The notes under the pieces are model-generated. The model saw only the letters and a list, made by a program, of their open reading frames with translations, made no database searches and had not been told where the DNA came from. DNA of 64,000 nucleotides, from contig JBDRVQ010000001.1 in assembly GCA_039801905.1 (NCBI GenBank), positions 29,635 through 93,634 of the forward strand, written 5' to 3'. The stretch comes from a candidate division WOR-3 bacterium (GTDB lineage: Bacteria; Hydrothermota; Tepidihabitantia; Tepidihabitantales; JBDRVQ01). Of this stretch, positions 45,172-54,660 are shown piece by piece; within the stretch, counting starts at the first letter, position 1, and each line of letters starts with the position of its first letter. Position numbers and translations under genes: made by a program.

Positions 45172-46371
45172 TTATCCCTTCGGAGTGAAAAAGGCCCCCG
45201 TGAAAAGTATTAAGCCGGTGCGATTATCCCGAATGGCAAAGAAGAAGGGACGATTGAATACAAGATGAAACCTTTCTGGGAGGGCGGTTAAAGCCATCTC
45301 TACCGAAGTGACCGCTGCCGCCTCGGTTCCCTCTTCTGTTATGCTGAGGTAGGTCTTATGCCGGACATCGTTAATAAATAATCCCCCTTCCCCGCTCATG
45401 CCAGTAAAATCCGCCTTCTTTGGATCAAAGGCAATTGCCATATTCATCCTTTTTAAGATTTCTTTGAATGATTTTTCGTATGTCAAATGAATTCTGGGTA
45501 AAGAGATCTCCCCTTCTCTCTCATCAAACTCCTTTAAGACTTCTTCCCATCTTCCCCCTAACCATTGAACCAAACTGGCAAGGGGAAAGTTAGTATCGGG
45601 TAGAAAAAGGTAAATACTCACTTCCCCCTTTCCATAAGGCAAAGCAACTGCCGCCCAATTTTCCTTTTTGAGATAAAGAAACCTTCCCGATTGGGACATC
45701 AGCAAAATTTTCTCTTCCCCTCGGGGGGAATAAAAGAAATCTTCCTTCGTTTTCTCTTTTGGAAACTCCCTTTGCCACTTCCCTTGAAAGTAAACCGCAT
45801 TCAAAATGAATAGCACCACATTTCTCTCAATTTTTTCTATAATTTTTTCTATCTTCCCCTTGGTATTTTTCCTAACCCACTGATTAATCTCTTTTATCGC
45901 TGAGGGCTGGGAGAAGTCTAAGGTTTTTATCTTTGCTTTGAAGAACTTTCTATTTCTTTCTAAGAATTCCCTCTTTAAGGAAATTCCCTTTCTCGCCCAC
46001 AAAGAGTTAGCAATTTTTAATTCTACCTGGGGAATAGGTCTTCTTAGGAATTGGTGGAGATCGCTTAAGGCGGTATTCAAGGAGTCTAACTTCATCTCTT
46101 TTAAGTTAAGGGTTTTAGCCATCGCCTCTTTTGTTTCCCCTCCCGCTCCGTTATAAGTGCTCACCAGAGCAAGATAAACACTGATTGGAGAGATGAAGAT
46201 ATTCTCATTAAAATCTTCTGCCATTAACTCCGAAAAGAGGGAAAAACCAAACCGATTATTCCCTTGGACAAACAGAGGTGAAACCCCGGCCCTTAGCCAA
46301 GAGAAGAGAAGAAAGGAGAGAAAAACCCAGCCCTTCAACTTTTCCTTCTTCCCTTTCCAGTTTTTAAGCAT
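45172..46371 (-). CDS. serpin (serine protease inhibitor), exported
   Basis: Serpin N-terminus SPISVYLALVSTYNGAGGET, inhibitory-type hinge EEGTEAAAVT, and a C-terminal FNRPFFFAIRD. Signal peptide present. Confidence 0.85.
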   Translation of the reverse strand: MLKNWKGKKEKLKGWVFLSFLLFSWLRAGVSPLFVQGNNRFGFSLFSELMAEDFNENIFISPISVYLALVSTYNGAGGETKEAMAKTLNLKEMKLDSLNTALSDLHQFLRRPIPQVELKIANSLWARKGISLKREFLERNRKFFKAKIKTLDFSQPSAIKEINQWVRKNTKGKIEKIIEKIERNVVLFILNAVYFQGKWQREFPKEKTKEDFFYSPRGEEKILLMSQSGRFLYLKKENWAAVALPYGKGEVSIYLFLPDTNFPLASLVQWLGGRWEEVLKEFDEREGEISLPRIHLTYEKSFKEILKRMNMAIAFDPKKADFTGMSGEGGLFINDVRHKTYLSITEEGTEAAAVTSVEMALTALPERFHLVFNRPFFFAIRDNRTGLILFTGAFFTPKG

Positions 46372-46376
46372 ACTTA

Positions 46377-46404
46377 ATTATATCTCCGAGAAGGGAGATG
46401 TCAA
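46377..46404 (-). promoter_or_regulatory. sigma70 promoter for the serpin (TTGACA-16-TATAAT), 5 nt from the ATG
   Basis: Minus strand: ttgaca tctcccttctcggaga tataat taagt ATG. Confidence 0.55.
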
Positions 46405-46413
46405 ATTATTAAC

Positions 46414-46441
46414 TTGAATAAGAAGAAAAATACCTTATAAT
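46414..46441 (+). promoter_or_regulatory. sigma70 promoter for the WG-repeat gene (TTGAAT-16-TATAAT), 6 nt from the ATG
   Basis: ttgaat aagaagaaaaatacct tataat attcaa ATG. Confidence 0.55.
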
Positions 46442-46447
46442 ATTCAA

Positions 46448-47410
46448 ATGAAAAAGAGATTATTAGTTTTAATTTTTCTCACCACTGGTTTATTGGGAAA
46501 GGAAGAGTTTCCCGCTTTATTCCCGATTCGGCAAAACTTCCGCTACGGATTGATTGACTCTACGGGAAAAATTGTCGTCAAACCACAACTTGATGGAATT
46601 GATGACTTCTCAGAAGGGATGGCAGTGATTAGAATCAATAACCAGTGGGGTTATATTGATGCCCGGAACTGGCAGGTCTTAAAGACTAAGTTTGAACAGG
46701 TTGGCCGTTTCTCCGAAGGGAAGGCGCGTGTCTTATACAAAGGGAAATGGGGTTATATTGACCGAAATGGGAAATTTGTGATCAAGCCCCAGTTTGAGTT
46801 CGCCGGTGATTTTCGGGAAGGGAAGGCCGCGGTGGGTATTGGGGGCAAGGTTGGTTACATTGATTCTACTGGTAAATTTATTATCAGTCCCCAGTTTTTC
46901 TCCACCTTCAACTTTTCCGAAGGGAGAGCGGGTGTTTTAGTTGGTAATAAACTCGGTTATATTGATTCGACCGGCAAGGTGGTGATTAAACCGATCTTTG
47001 ATTTCATCTGGGACTTTAAGGAAGGTTTGGCTCGGGTAATGGTCAATAGGAAATGGGGTTATATTGACCGAAATGGGAAGTTTGTGATTAAGCCCCGGTT
47101 TGATGAGGCATTTGATTTTTCGGAGAGTCTGGCCGCGGTCCGGGTGAAGGAGAAAATCGGTTATATTGACAAAAAGGGTAAATTTGTTATCAAACCGAAA
47201 TTTAAAGCCGGTGGCGAATTTTCAGAAGGACTTGCCCCGGCCTTAGCCGATAGTCTTTGGGGTTATATTGATAAAACTGGTGAGTTTAAGATTCAACCGA
47301 GTTTTGAAATCGCCTATCCCTTCTTTCGGGGTTTGGCAAAAGTGCAAATGAAAGGAAAGATCGGTTATATTGATAGAAGGGGAATTTTTATCTGGGAGCC
47401 AACGGAGTAG
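46448..47410 (+). CDS. WG-repeat (KWG-type) protein, exported
   Basis: About 8-9 tandem ~35-aa repeats matching GK.V(I/V)KPQF..A.DFSEG.A.V...KWGYID. Signal peptide present. Confidence 0.8.
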   Translation: MKKRLLVLIFLTTGLLGKEEFPALFPIRQNFRYGLIDSTGKIVVKPQLDGIDDFSEGMAVIRINNQWGYIDARNWQVLKTKFEQVGRFSEGKARVLYKGKWGYIDRNGKFVIKPQFEFAGDFREGKAAVGIGGKVGYIDSTGKFIISPQFFSTFNFSEGRAGVLVGNKLGYIDSTGKVVIKPIFDFIWDFKEGLARVMVNRKWGYIDRNGKFVIKPRFDEAFDFSESLAAVRVKEKIGYIDKKGKFVIKPKFKAGGEFSEGLAPALADSLWGYIDKTGEFKIQPSFEIAYPFFRGLAKVQMKGKIGYIDRRGIFIWEPTE

Positions 47411-47429
47411 ACTGGTTAAAAGTTAGTGA

Positions 47430-48719
47430 TTAGACCTTTTGGATATGGCAGGAGCAAGAGATGCAAGGGTCGTAAGCCCGGACGACCATCTCCAACTCCA
47501 ATTTTGCCTTCTCTTCTCCCACCGAAGAGGAGAATAAATTTGCCGCCGCCACTGTGAGGTGTTTCTCTATTGCATTATAATTTTGCGCGGTGGGGATGAT
47601 TAAATCCGCATTGGTGCATAAACCGTCCTTAAATTCGTAATAGTGAAAGAGACTACCCCGGGGCGCTTCTACTGCTCCCACCCCTTTCCCTTCCCCTTTT
47701 TTAATAGGCACAATCTTCGGAGGTCTTTTAACTTTTAAAATCTTATCGGCGGTATTAATGATCTCCTCTAAGGCAAAAACGATTTCAATCGCCTGCGCCA
47801 AGTTGTTATACAATGGGTTTCTAATCCAACTCAGGCTGTAGCATTTTTGAAATGCCTCGTGGGCGGCGCCGTGTAACCTCTCCCCTAAGAGATTCATTCG
47901 GGCAAGGGCACCAACGAGATAAGGCTTTTCCCGATAGAGGGTCCTCTTAGCGGTGGAATGGGGATAAATCCGTTCCTTGATTGCGGTTCGGAATTCTTCC
48001 ACCGTTCGGTCATCCCCATTAGAAATCATTACCGTATCACCCCAAAACCCGTAGGCATCGGTTGGTGGTTTTAGACAAACGAAAAGCACCCCTTCTTCGG
48101 CATAGGTTGAGTAGTGAAGGTTGCGGAGAAGTTCGGTTGTCCTTATCGCCTCAGGAAGTAGTTTTTCGGCACCGTCCCTTATTGATTTTATCTCCTCTTT
48201 ACTTAAAAAGCGACCAAAACCACCGATGGTTGGATTCTCTCCGTGAATCATTCTCCCAGCCACCGCCTCCATCACATAATTACCAAATTTCTTTAAGCGT
48301 AGTCCGATACCCACTTCTTCGGGATATTTTTCTGCTAAGGCAATCGCATCCGGATAGCCCAAAAAATCCGGGAGGGCGAGGAAGAAGATGTGGAGACTGT
48401 GACTTTCAATCATCTCTCCGTAATGCATCATATTCCGTAATAGGGTAACCTCAGGCGGCACGTTCACCGCCAAAATCTTTTCTAAGGCTCTGATCGCCGC
48501 GTAGCGGTGGGAGATGTTACAGATGGCGCAAATCCGGGGTACGATATTTAACACTTCTGACGCCTCTTTCCCCAAAACCAAAGTTTCAAATAAGCGGGGC
48601 CCTTCCGGAATTTCAAAACGCACCTCCTTCACCTTCCCGTTTCGGAGCCGGACATAAATATTTCCGTGCCCTTCCACCCGGGCTACACTATCAATCCTTA
48701 TCTCCTTTCCTTCCTTCAT
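47430..48719 (-). CDS. [NiFe] hydrogenase large subunit (group 3b, sulfhydrogenase alpha-like)
   Basis: N-terminal RVEGHG and RICAIC motifs and a C-terminal DPCISCSCH motif. Genomic context includes HydB/G/D-like subunits. Confidence 0.85.
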   Translation of the reverse strand: MKEGKEIRIDSVARVEGHGNIYVRLRNGKVKEVRFEIPEGPRLFETLVLGKEASEVLNIVPRICAICNISHRYAAIRALEKILAVNVPPEVTLLRNMMHYGEMIESHSLHIFFLALPDFLGYPDAIALAEKYPEEVGIGLRLKKFGNYVMEAVAGRMIHGENPTIGGFGRFLSKEEIKSIRDGAEKLLPEAIRTTELLRNLHYSTYAEEGVLFVCLKPPTDAYGFWGDTVMISNGDDRTVEEFRTAIKERIYPHSTAKRTLYREKPYLVGALARMNLLGERLHGAAHEAFQKCYSLSWIRNPLYNNLAQAIEIVFALEEIINTADKILKVKRPPKIVPIKKGEGKGVGAVEAPRGSLFHYYEFKDGLCTNADLIIPTAQNYNAIEKHLTVAAANLFSSSVGEEKAKLELEMVVRAYDPCISCSCHIQKV

Positions 48720-49480
48720 TTTCCTCTCTTCACCTCTTTAATTTTGGCGCCAAAGAAAAACCTCATCTTTTTCTCTAACTGGCTCTCCTGATACTTCTTT
48801 TCCAATAAGTTCTTTTCCCAGGAGGCAAAATTTCCTCCAGGGACAGGACCGAAACAACCGACACAGGGAAGGTTATCCTTTGGGCACCTTGCTAAACAAC
48901 CTCCGCGCGTCACCGGACCGAGGCAGGGAATATCTTTTAGGAGGAGGCACTCGTTTTCCTGCCACTTACATTCCACACAGACCGGATAGGTAGGTAACTC
49001 AACAGGCAGATTCTTTAAGAGACGAGGAAAATTGAATAGGAATAACTGGGGGGAGATTGGACAACCAGGGAGGAAATAGTCAACCGGGACAAAATACTCT
49101 AAGGGTTTAGATTCAAAGGCTTCTACAATCTTAAAGTTTTTATTATAAACCGAACGGAACCTTTTGGAGAAGTTTGGCTTTCCGGTATACATCGCCTGCA
49201 CCCCTCCAAAAGTGGCACAGGTCCCTAAGGCGACTAAGATCTTGCTTCGCTTGCGCAACTCTTTTAACTTCTCCTCCTGTTCGGTCGTGGTAATGGAGCC
49301 TTCAATGAAGACAATGTCCATCAAGCCATCACCTTCCCTTTTCCCTTGACTTGAGGCGAGGCGGAAACTTACCACCTCAACCGCTTTTAAAACCTCTAAG
49401 AGGTAATCCTCAGAATGGACAATGGTCAAAAGGTCTCCGGCACAACCGGTGAATTCAAAGAAACCAACTTTGGGCTTCAT
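48716..49480 (-). CDS. [NiFe] hydrogenase small subunit (delta-like)
   Basis: FEFTGCAGD, GTCATFGG and Cys-rich C-terminal clusters. The start MKPKVGFFEF at 49480 forms an ATGA overlap with the upstream stop. Confidence 0.8.
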   Translation of the reverse strand: MKPKVGFFEFTGCAGDLLTIVHSEDYLLEVLKAVEVVSFRLASSQGKREGDGLMDIVFIEGSITTTEQEEKLKELRKRSKILVALGTCATFGGVQAMYTGKPNFSKRFRSVYNKNFKIVEAFESKPLEYFVPVDYFLPGCPISPQLFLFNFPRLLKNLPVELPTYPVCVECKWQENECLLLKDIPCLGPVTRGGCLARCPKDNLPCVGCFGPVPGGNFASWEKNLLEKKYQESQLEKKMRFFFGAKIKEVKRGK

Positions 49481-50316
49481 ATTAAATCCTTCATATGCAA
49501 AACGTCCCAATAAGTAAAGACCGGACCATCCAGACAGGTATAGATTGAGCCAATAACGCAGTGGCCACACTTTCCAATTCCGCACTTCATCCTTCTCTCT
49601 AAGGTCATCAAGATCTGGTGCTTCGGTATTTTTAAGGCGACCAATTTATCAATCACATAGCGATACATCACCGGTGGTCCGCAGACCGCAGCGTAACTCT
49701 TTTCCGGATTGATTTCTTTGATAAACTTAAAGAGTTCGGTAACCACCCCAATCTTTTCCGTCCAAGTTCCGGTATCATCTTTATCAACCGCCAGTAGACA
49801 TTCCAAGTCTTCTCGCTCTTTCAACTCTAAAAACTCCCTTAAAAAGAGCATCTCTTTTGGCCGGCGGGCACCATAAAGGAAATAGATCTTGCCGAAGAGG
49901 TCACGATTATCAAGGGCGTAAAGGAGGAGGGAGCGTAAAGGAACCGCCCCTAAGCCACCAACGACAATGATTAAGTCATGTCCGATCATCTTCTCTACGG
50001 GAAAACCGTTGCCATAAGGTCCCCGAACTCCAATCACTTCGTTCTCTTTCAATTTGAACAACTCGGTCGTTAAAACCCCAATCTTTCTAATACCGAACTC
50101 TAAAAGTCCGGGACGAGAGGGGGAGGAAGAGATAGAGAAAGGAGCCTCCCCTGCTCCGAAGACCGAGACCATCATAAACTGTCCGGGTTTATAGCGTAAG
50201 GTTAAAGCCTTCTCCATCTCTACCGGGCGCACTTGGAAGAATCGGACATCTTCGGTTAAGTTATAGCGCCGGACAATGCGCATCGGAATGGGACAATAGA
50301 GATTATTGCTATTCAT
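49477..50316 (-). CDS. hydrogenase gamma subunit (FAD/NAD(P)-binding oxidoreductase with 2Fe-2S)
   Basis: FNR-like fold motifs (RYKPGQF, GGLGAVP) and a C-terminal CGIGKCGHC. Confidence 0.8.
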   Translation of the reverse strand: MNSNNLYCPIPMRIVRRYNLTEDVRFFQVRPVEMEKALTLRYKPGQFMMVSVFGAGEAPFSISSSPSRPGLLEFGIRKIGVLTTELFKLKENEVIGVRGPYGNGFPVEKMIGHDLIIVVGGLGAVPLRSLLLYALDNRDLFGKIYFLYGARRPKEMLFLREFLELKEREDLECLLAVDKDDTGTWTEKIGVVTELFKFIKEINPEKSYAAVCGPPVMYRYVIDKLVALKIPKHQILMTLERRMKCGIGKCGHCVIGSIYTCLDGPVFTYWDVLHMKDLI

Positions 50317-51344
50317 TTAAGCAAAACTCCTTCACCTTTCAATTTTTTTGCCACTTCTAAGACATTAATATTTACCGGACAGGTGTCAATACACCGGCCG
50401 CAGCCGACGCAGGCGGGGCGGCCAAATTCGGTGATGAAGGCTTTCAATTTATGGGTATACCACAATTTCACCCGCGAGGAGCGTCTCTCCCGAAAATTAT
50501 GCCCGCCCGCCACTAAGGCGAAGTCTTTAAGCATACAGGAATCCCAATGTCTTTCCCGAAACCCGGCTTTTTCCCCAATGGGAAGATGGTCTTGGACATT
50601 AAAACAAGGGCAGGTGGGACAGACCATAGAACAAGCACCACAGGAAAGGCATTTCTCGCCCAACTCCTCCCAGATTGGGGCATCGTAACTTAACTCCATA
50701 ATGTCGGGCATGGCGGTTAAATCCAAATGAAGTTGGTATTGGTTGTCGCGCCATTTCCGCCATTCAATATACTGGGTTAAATCCTTCTGGGTGATATTCT
50801 CATCAAAAAGTTCTAAACGGCTCCTTACCAAATCGTCCCCAACCGAAGAGCCAACCCAAACTAAGTAATGGTCATCTAACTCATTAAAGCCCAAATCAAA
50901 ACCCTCTTCAATGAAATGGGTATTGGTGGAACGGGCAAAACATTTATCATCCGGCACGCAGGAAAGGCCAATAATTATTGTTCTCTCCCGGGCTTTTCGG
51001 TAATAAGGGTCAGGAAGTCTTTCCTTAAATAAGCGGTCTAAAATTAAGATACTATGGATTTCACAAGGGTGAAGGCCAAAAATGATGCGCATCGGAATTT
51101 CTTCGGGAACCTCTTGGTATTGATTTATCGGATCAAATTTAAGAATCGGAAATTTAGGGGGTAAGAGAAATTTCTTTACCGGCAGAATGGTTCTTAAAGC
51201 GGTAAGTTCTAATCGGGAAAAATCGGTTAACTTTTCGTAGATAAACTTATCACCCTTTCTTACCGGACCGTAGACCTCCCCAAACTTTTGAATTCCTTTT
51301 AAGAAGTCAAATAAGTTCTCTTTCTTTAACTTTAAGGCTTTCAT
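50313..51344 (-). CDS. hydrogenase beta subunit (4Fe-4S protein)
   Basis: CLSCGACSMVCPTCPC and CVGCGRCIDTCP clusters. The start MKALKL at 51344 is inferred from the promoter immediately upstream; the ORF is open to 51404. Confidence 0.8.
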   Translation of the reverse strand: MKALKLKKENLFDFLKGIQKFGEVYGPVRKGDKFIYEKLTDFSRLELTALRTILPVKKFLLPPKFPILKFDPINQYQEVPEEIPMRIIFGLHPCEIHSILILDRLFKERLPDPYYRKARERTIIIGLSCVPDDKCFARSTNTHFIEEGFDLGFNELDDHYLVWVGSSVGDDLVRSRLELFDENITQKDLTQYIEWRKWRDNQYQLHLDLTAMPDIMELSYDAPIWEELGEKCLSCGACSMVCPTCPCFNVQDHLPIGEKAGFRERHWDSCMLKDFALVAGGHNFRERRSSRVKLWYTHKLKAFITEFGRPACVGCGRCIDTCPVNINVLEVAKKLKGEGVLLK

Positions 51345-51352
51345 AAAGGATA

Positions 51353-51380
51353 AGTATAACAAATTAAAGGAAAGAGTCAA
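51353..51380 (-). promoter_or_regulatory. sigma70 promoter for the hydrogenase operon (TTGACT-16-TATACT), 8 nt from the ATG
   Basis: Minus strand: ttgact ctttcctttaatttgt tatact tatccttt ATG. Confidence 0.5.
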
Positions 51381-51438
51381 GAAAAATTTGCAACCGTTAA
51401 CCATCCTCCGGTTTCCTTTTTCCCAAGGAGTTTAAATC

Positions 51439-52185
51439 TTAAAAGAGTTTCACCCGAACAACCGGTTCCTTTTGAAATTTTCCCAAAACGGAATCAAGGC
51501 GGTCTAAGGTTTTATTAACTCTCTGGTAGAAAATGGTATCCGAGAGAAATTTCTCAATGTTACCCCCCTTAAAAATTGCTACTAAATCCTTCAAGTTGGA
51601 ATTTAACTCCTTTAACTCATTACTCGCCTCACTAATCTTCGGACCGGCGGTGCTCATTATCTTTTCCAAACGGTTAGATAAGTTTTCAACGAGTTCTCTA
51701 CTCCCCTCTATCAGTTCCTTACCGCTTTGGGCAAAATCCCGAAAGGCAGAAAGCATCTCTTTAATCTGGCGGAGATCAATCTCTTCCAAGATTTCCGTAA
51801 TATCGTCCCTTCTCACCCCTTTTAAGACATCTCCCTTTTTCACCATCTTCGGAGAGATCCCAGGAACTAAAGAGAGAATCTTTCCCTCAAAAAGGCCTCG
51901 GGACTTCGCCTCAACCTGGGAATCTTCTGGCAATGGGATATTCTTCTTGAGGACAAATTCTACCAATACCCCATCGGAAGTAATCTTCACCCTTCTCACC
52001 TCTCCAACCTTTACTCCTCGGAGGTAGACATAGACCCCGGGTTCTATGCCGTAGGCGTCAGAAAATTTTGCGCCCATCACAAATTCTCGGCGGAAAGGGT
52101 CCTTCCCTTTAATCCAGAGAATCCCACCAATGAATAAGATGAGGGCGATGAGAAAGAAGAGGCCGATAAGGAAATCTCTTTTCAT
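51439..52185 (-). CDS. mlaD: MlaD/MCE-domain protein
   Basis: N-terminal TM plus an MCE domain (GIEPGVYVYLRGVKVGEV). The start at 52185 forms an ATGA overlap with the mlaF stop. Confidence 0.75.
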   Translation of the reverse strand: MKRDFLIGLFFLIALILFIGGILWIKGKDPFRREFVMGAKFSDAYGIEPGVYVYLRGVKVGEVRRVKITSDGVLVEFVLKKNIPLPEDSQVEAKSRGLFEGKILSLVPGISPKMVKKGDVLKGVRRDDITEILEEIDLRQIKEMLSAFRDFAQSGKELIEGSRELVENLSNRLEKIMSTAGPKISEASNELKELNSNLKDLVAIFKGGNIEKFLSDTIFYQRVNKTLDRLDSVLGKFQKEPVVRVKLF

Positions 52186-52835
52186 CCTCTCATCTCCCAA
52201 AGTTTCCCTTCTTTTAGAAGGAGATACCTTCCCTTCAATTCCCCGACCATTCTCGGGTCATGGGTCACAACAACCATCGTTATCCCCATATTTTGCATCT
52301 CGCCAATCAGGTGAATGATGATTTTCGTATTATCCCCATCCAGATTGGCGGTCGGCTCGTCCAGGAGGAGATATTTCGGGTCTCGGACTATCTCCCGAGC
52401 AATCGCCACCCTCTTCTTCATCCCACCGCTCAGTTCACTCGGGAAGAGCCTCTCTTTTCCCAAAAGGCCAACAAAGGCGAGCGCCCTCTCAATCTTCTCT
52501 CGGCTATTCGCCCTTCTCTCCATTCTCAAAAAGAGGGCAAGGTTCTCATAGACATTCCAAGAATCAAAGAGGGCATCCGATTGGAAGACAAAGCCAATGC
52601 GCCTTCTAATTTTTAATAACTCCCTTTCCGGCAATTTATTAATCTCAATTCCGTCAACAATCACCTGACCCCGGTCGGGGAGTAAAAGACCGTTAATCAT
52701 CTTCAAAAGGACAGTCTTCCCACAACCGCTCTCACCGGTAACGATCACTGTCTCCCCATCTCCGACCTGCAGATTGAGGTCAGCAAGGACGAGAAGGCGA
52801 TTGAAACTCTTATAGAGATTTCTGATTTCAATCAT
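52182..52835 (-). CDS. mlaF: ABC transporter ATP-binding protein (MlaF-like)
   Basis: Walker A GESGCGKT, signature LSGGMKKRVAIA, Walker B LLLDEPT. The start MIEIRNLYKSF at 52835 forms an ATGA overlap. Confidence 0.8.
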   Translation of the reverse strand: MIEIRNLYKSFNRLLVLADLNLQVGDGETVIVTGESGCGKTVLLKMINGLLLPDRGQVIVDGIEINKLPERELLKIRRRIGFVFQSDALFDSWNVYENLALFLRMERRANSREKIERALAFVGLLGKERLFPSELSGGMKKRVAIAREIVRDPKYLLLDEPTANLDGDNTKIIIHLIGEMQNMGITMVVVTHDPRMVGELKGRYLLLKEGKLWEMRG

Positions 52836-53563
52836 AAAATTAAGATATTTACTAAGTAATTTGCGAAGAGGATAAATAAAGAACCGGTCACCACCGAGAC
52901 CATCGTCCAATAACCAACACCACCTGCCCCTTCTTTGGGAACGAGACCAAAGAAAGAACCAAAAAAACTGGCGATAAAACCAAAAATTAAAGCCTTTACG
53001 ATCCCAACGGAGATCTCCTTCCCTTCAAAGAAGAGCCTTATCCCCCTCAGAAATTCAAAACCCGAGATTCTTGGGCTGGCTAAAAGGTAGGCGGAGAGGA
53101 GGGCAACCCAATAGCCAATCACTAAGAGTAAAGGAGAAGCGAGGAGGCTCGCTAAGACCCGAGGAAGAACTAAAAAACCAGAAGGGGAGATACCCAAAGC
53201 CCTTAACGCCTCAATCTGTTCCGAGACCTTCATACTACCCAATTCCGAAGCCACCCCAGCACCAATTCGGCCCACAAGGAGAAGGCCTAAAAGCACCGGC
53301 TCAATCTCTAAAATTATCCCCTTGAAGATGCCGCTGCCAATCAGATAAGGAGGGGTGCCGGGTAAGGCGATATAGAGGGCGGAGGCGGCGGTGGAAAAAC
53401 CAACAAAGATTGAGACAATCAAAATTAAGGGTAAAGAGCCGAGGGAGAATTCAAAAAAGGCATCCTTTATCTCCCGGTGGTAGAGGAAGATATTTTTTAC
53501 TACTAAAACCATCTCGCCAAAAAAGGAGAGGAGTCTCCCGAGGGAGGTGAGTATTCCTCTCAT
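52832..53563 (-). CDS. mlaE: ABC transporter permease (MlaE-like)
   Basis: Polytopic protein of about 243 aa. Contains the EQIEALRALGISP motif typical of the MlaE/Ttg2B family. Confidence 0.8.
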   Translation of the reverse strand: MRGILTSLGRLLSFFGEMVLVVKNIFLYHREIKDAFFEFSLGSLPLILIVSIFVGFSTAASALYIALPGTPPYLIGSGIFKGIILEIEPVLLGLLLVGRIGAGVASELGSMKVSEQIEALRALGISPSGFLVLPRVLASLLASPLLLVIGYWVALLSAYLLASPRISGFEFLRGIRLFFEGKEISVGIVKALIFGFIASFFGSFFGLVPKEGAGGVGYWTMVSVVTGSLFILFANYLVNILIL

Positions 53564-53568
53564 CTCTT

Positions 53569-54660
53569 CTAACTAACCCCCAAGACCTTCTTCAAGGCGG
53601 CGATGAACAATTCATTCTCTTCTGGTTTCCCAACCGTTACCCTAAGGGCATTGGGGAAGTTATATTCCTTTAAGGTCCGGGTGATTATTCCTTCCGCCAA
53701 AAGTTTCTGGTAAATTTCCGAAGAATCCTGAGTAAAATTGATGAAGACGAAGTTGCCATAAGAAGGGAGATAGAAGAGTTTCAATTTTTCCAATTCCCGG
53801 TATAAGAAGCGCTTCCCCATTTCGTTAATCCGGATTGACTTCCGCACATGCCTTTTATCATCAAGGGCATGAATACAGGCGTATTGGGCTAAGCGGTTAA
53901 TATGGAAGGGGTAGCGAACCTTATTTATCGCCTCCACTACATCCGGGTTGGCAAATCCGTAACCGACCCTCAATCCCGCCAGCCCGTATATCTTAGAAAA
54001 TGTGCGCAGGATTAAGATATTTTTCCCCTGTTTTAAGTACTTGAAGGTATCTAAATATCCCTTCTGGGTGATATACTCCCGATAAGCCTCATCAACAATC
54101 ACCAAGATATTATCCGGCAGATGTTCCATAAAATAGGCGAAGATCTCCTTTTTGATTATGGTCCCTAAGGGGTTGATTGGGGTATCAAGATAAATAATCT
54201 TAGTTTTCGGGGTGATGTGGTCTAAGATACTTAAAAGGTCATGGGAATAGTCCTTGGGTGGAATCTCCACCACCTGGGCGCCCGCCACTAAGCCGCTAAT
54301 CTTCCCGATGATAAAAGAACCCTGGGTGACAATTATCTCCGATTCCCGGTCCAGATAGGCGAGGGCAGCAAGATAGATGAGTTCTACGGAACCGTTGCCC
54401 ACCACAATCCGGTCCATCCCTATCTTATAAATCTCAGAGATTTTCGCTTTTAGGTAGTAGTTGATATCATCGGGGTAAAGGAAAGATTCTTTTAAGACTT
54501 GGCGTAAAGCCTTTAGGGCTTTGGGTGAAGGACCAAGGGGATTTTCGTTTGAAGCCAATTTCACTACCTTCTTCAACTTCATCTCCCGCACCACCTCTTC
54601 AATCGGTTTTCCGGGACGGTAGGGAGTGATTCTGAATAAATCTTTTCTTGGTTCAAGCAT
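53569..54660 (-). CDS. hisC: histidinol-phosphate aminotransferase
   Basis: LASNENPLGPSP and the PLP-lysine context TFSKIYGLAGLRVGY. Confidence 0.85.
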   Translation of the reverse strand: MLEPRKDLFRITPYRPGKPIEEVVREMKLKKVVKLASNENPLGPSPKALKALRQVLKESFLYPDDINYYLKAKISEIYKIGMDRIVVGNGSVELIYLAALAYLDRESEIIVTQGSFIIGKISGLVAGAQVVEIPPKDYSHDLLSILDHITPKTKIIYLDTPINPLGTIIKKEIFAYFMEHLPDNILVIVDEAYREYITQKGYLDTFKYLKQGKNILILRTFSKIYGLAGLRVGYGFANPDVVEAINKVRYPFHINRLAQYACIHALDDKRHVRKSIRINEMGKRFLYRELEKLKLFYLPSYGNFVFINFTQDSSEIYQKLLAEGIITRTLKEYNFPNALRVTVGKPEENELFIAALKKVLGVS

